From Bugula neritina (taxonomy: Eukaryota > Animalia > Bryozoa), in contig OZ037772.1 of assembly GCA_964035545.1 (NCBI GenBank), forward strand, positions 9,231,150 to 9,295,149: 64,000 nt of DNA. Reading direction: 5' to 3'. The position numbers and the translations under genes were made by a program. Within the stretch, counting starts at the first letter, position 1. Each line of letters begins with the position of its first letter. Positions 62,001-64,000 of the stretch are shown one piece after another. The notes beneath the pieces were generated by a model. That model was not told the DNA's origin. It made no database searches and was given only the letters and a program-made list of their open reading frames with translations.

Positions 62001-63926
62001 AGCCTAAAATTGTGCCGGCCAAATTTTGATTTATTTTTAGCCTTTGTTCTAAGAAATTGACAGGAAGCTGAAAACGATTCATATCATGTCCTTACTCAAT
62101 CCTCTGTTTATAGTAATACTGCCATGTTGTAGGGGCCTGTATCTGTCAGCATGACACGATGGGGCACAACTGTGAGAAGTGTAAAGAAGGCTGGTACGGA
62201 AACGCTGAGGACGGCACTCCTAATGACTGTACGCCCTGCCCTTGTCCAGGTCAAGGACCTTGTTATGAACAGGTATTTTATACCCTGTGTTAACCTTTTT
62301 CATTAGTGGTTCTTTCAGGGATGGCGACTATAAACTTGCGCAAGAGTTTTTACCCTCCCAATTAAAATCTATAATTGTTAACATATTTTAGGCCATTTGC
62401 AATGCTGAAACATAGAGAGCATTGCGTTATTCATAAATCATTTTACTCAATATGCTCAGTTTATGACAGTTGGTAGAATTAAATAATAAATAAAGTTTCA
62501 ATTTGAATTTATTACTCGCAAGTTTTCTCCCTCTAAAGTTATTTCTGTAATTATTATCAATACGTTTACGGCCATTTGCAATGTTGAAACTTAGAGAAGT
62601 TGTGTAGCTTGAACATTAATCAACTACAAGCTTTACACACTACGGGTATGAAATCATTTTATAGTACTCTATAAAACAGTCTTGGTAGTAGTGCTTCTGA
62701 CAACTCGTGTAAGTTTATAGTCCCCATCCCTTTGAGATACCCTTAAATGAAAGAGTTTCTTTTGTTCAAGCTGAAAACTTATTCAGACAGGGCACAGTAG
62801 CAATCATGACTAGATGCTCTTCCTAACATCACCAATGGCCTTTGTCAGGGTTCGAACCCATGACCTTCGTGTTTACTAGTCAAACGCTCTAACCTCTAGA
62901 CCACAGCTGCTTCTGCCACACAACCTAAACTATTGTTTTTATTTAAAACATTGAACGTGGGTGGATTATAATATTTCTGTTTCCTGTTTCAGTTGGACGG
63001 CAGCGTTTCCTGTCTGAACTGTCCGACGGGGTACAGCGGTGACCTCTGTGATATGTGTGAAGACGGGTTCTACGACCTTGATGACCTTTCTACTTCTGAT
63101 GTCAACTGCGCGCAGTGTGACTGTAGTGGCAATATTGACTCCAATGCTGTAGGCAACTGCAATGCGTGAGTTCATAGAAGCAGTATTATGTGGGTACACT
63201 GTGCTGTGTGAGTTAATAGAAGCAGTATTATGTGGGTACACTGTGCTGTGTGAGTTCATAGAAGCAGTATTATGTGGGTACACTGTGCTGTGTGAGCTCA
63301 TAGTAACAGTATTATGTGGGTACACTGTGCTGTGTGAGCTCATAGTAACAGTATTATGTGGGTACACTGTGTTGTGTGAGTATATAGTAGCAACTTAGAG
63401 TGGGTAACTTTATTCTTTTATTTATCTTTTATTTATTCATTTATTTATATGCTTATTTATTATTTATTTATATTTATATGTTTATTTGTTATTTATTTAT
63501 ATTTATATGTTTATTTATTATTTATTTATATTTATATGTTTATTTATTATTTATTTATATTTATATGTTTATTTATTATTTATTTATATTTATATGTTTA
63601 TTTATTATTTATTTATATTTATATGTTTATTTATTATCTATTTATATTTATATGTTTATTTATTATTTATTTATATTTATATGTTTATTTATTATTTATT
63701 TATATTTATATGTTTATCTATTTCGAGGTGTAACTTTGATGAGTTAAAAATGTGGAAAGCATTTTGTGATGTTATTCTAAAGTGAAAAGTACCCACTGAT
63801 CTCTATTTTCAGAACTAGCGGTGTGTGCCTGAAATGCATTGATAACACTGGTGGAGATCACTGCGAGGTTTGTTTGTCTGGTTTCTATGGTAACGCCACT
63901 GCAGAAGAAAAAGGAGACTGCAAACG
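50094..63926 (+). CDS. LAMC1: Laminin subunit gamma-1 (5' part: signal peptide, LN, LEa, L4, LEb; continues beyond the window)
   Basis: Exons 50094-50249, 50800-51001, 52643-52741, 55358-55512, 56148-56288, 56835-56965, 57481-57659, 58144-58332, 58784-58980, 59312-59477, 59974-60132, 60705-60869, 61311-61422, 61730-61954, 62133-62272, 62993-63165, about 63813-63926. Motifs [29 protein letters not shown], an L4 domain (which excludes netrin) and the nidogen-site motif [10 protein letters not shown]. Confidence 0.96.
51014..51161. mobile_element. About 150-bp dispersed MITE-like repeat (representative copy)
   Basis: Imperfect terminal inverted repeats GCAGTAGTGGAGAAATTGAG / CTCAATTTCTTCATTACTGC. 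Related copies at about 8808-8963, 11135-11285, 23106-23264, 24119-24272, 31134-31263, 31757-31903, 49140-49231, 54640-54768. Confidence 0.7.
53277..53369. repeat. (TCAC)n microsatellite
   Basis: Perfect tetranucleotide run. Confidence 0.95.
62703..62912 (-). mobile_element. Same SINE family
   Basis: Reverse complement of a near-full copy with an intact B box. Confidence 0.85.
63166..63382. repeat. 42-bp minisatellite starting at the laminin exon-16 donor
   Basis: Unit GTGAGTTCATAGAAGCAGTATTATGTGGGTACACTGTGCTGT, 5 full copies plus a partial one. Confidence 0.92.
63420..63721. repeat. AT-rich about 29-bp minisatellite
   Basis: Unit approximately TTATTTATTTATATTTATATGTTTATTTA. Confidence 0.9.
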
Positions 63927-64000
63927 TGAGTGTCGCGTATTTTAAATGTCTAGAATTATTTTATTTAAAATTATTTTAAGTGAGTTTACACTTAGTTAAA

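Noticed and set aside
63400-63785. Hydrophobic Y/L/F/I-rich ORFs
   Set aside because: Translations of an AT-rich intronic minisatellite.

Overview
AT-rich, intron-rich animal (invertebrate metazoan) genomic DNA, not prokaryotic. All gene models were assembled by hand from GT-AG splice signals and reading phase. In order: the 3' exon of an upstream gene (44-114,+); an orphan 3-exon type-I membrane protein gene (242-1847,-); an orphan 2-exon gene with a C-terminal TM helix (2813-4182,+); a 15-exon Crumbs-family gene with about 13 EGF repeats, a TM helix and the canonical 37-aa ERLI tail but no visible laminin-G domains (5506-23803,-); RPS5 (27937-29742,+), which hosts two copies of a candidate H/ACA snoRNA; a 13-exon clan-3 cytochrome P450 (30508-39373,+); an orphan 6-exon gene (41636-46765,-); and the 5' part of laminin gamma-1 (50094 to beyond the window,+). 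Introns carry about 13 copies or fragments of a tRNA-headed SINE, several MITE-like elements and many micro/minisatellites. The most striking pattern is that minisatellites repeatedly sit exactly on splice junctions (and one stop codon), creating tandem arrays of splice sites. The clearest cases are 13 in-frame acceptors inside the Crumbs TM-coding junction and 13 donors after the CYP ExxR exon.
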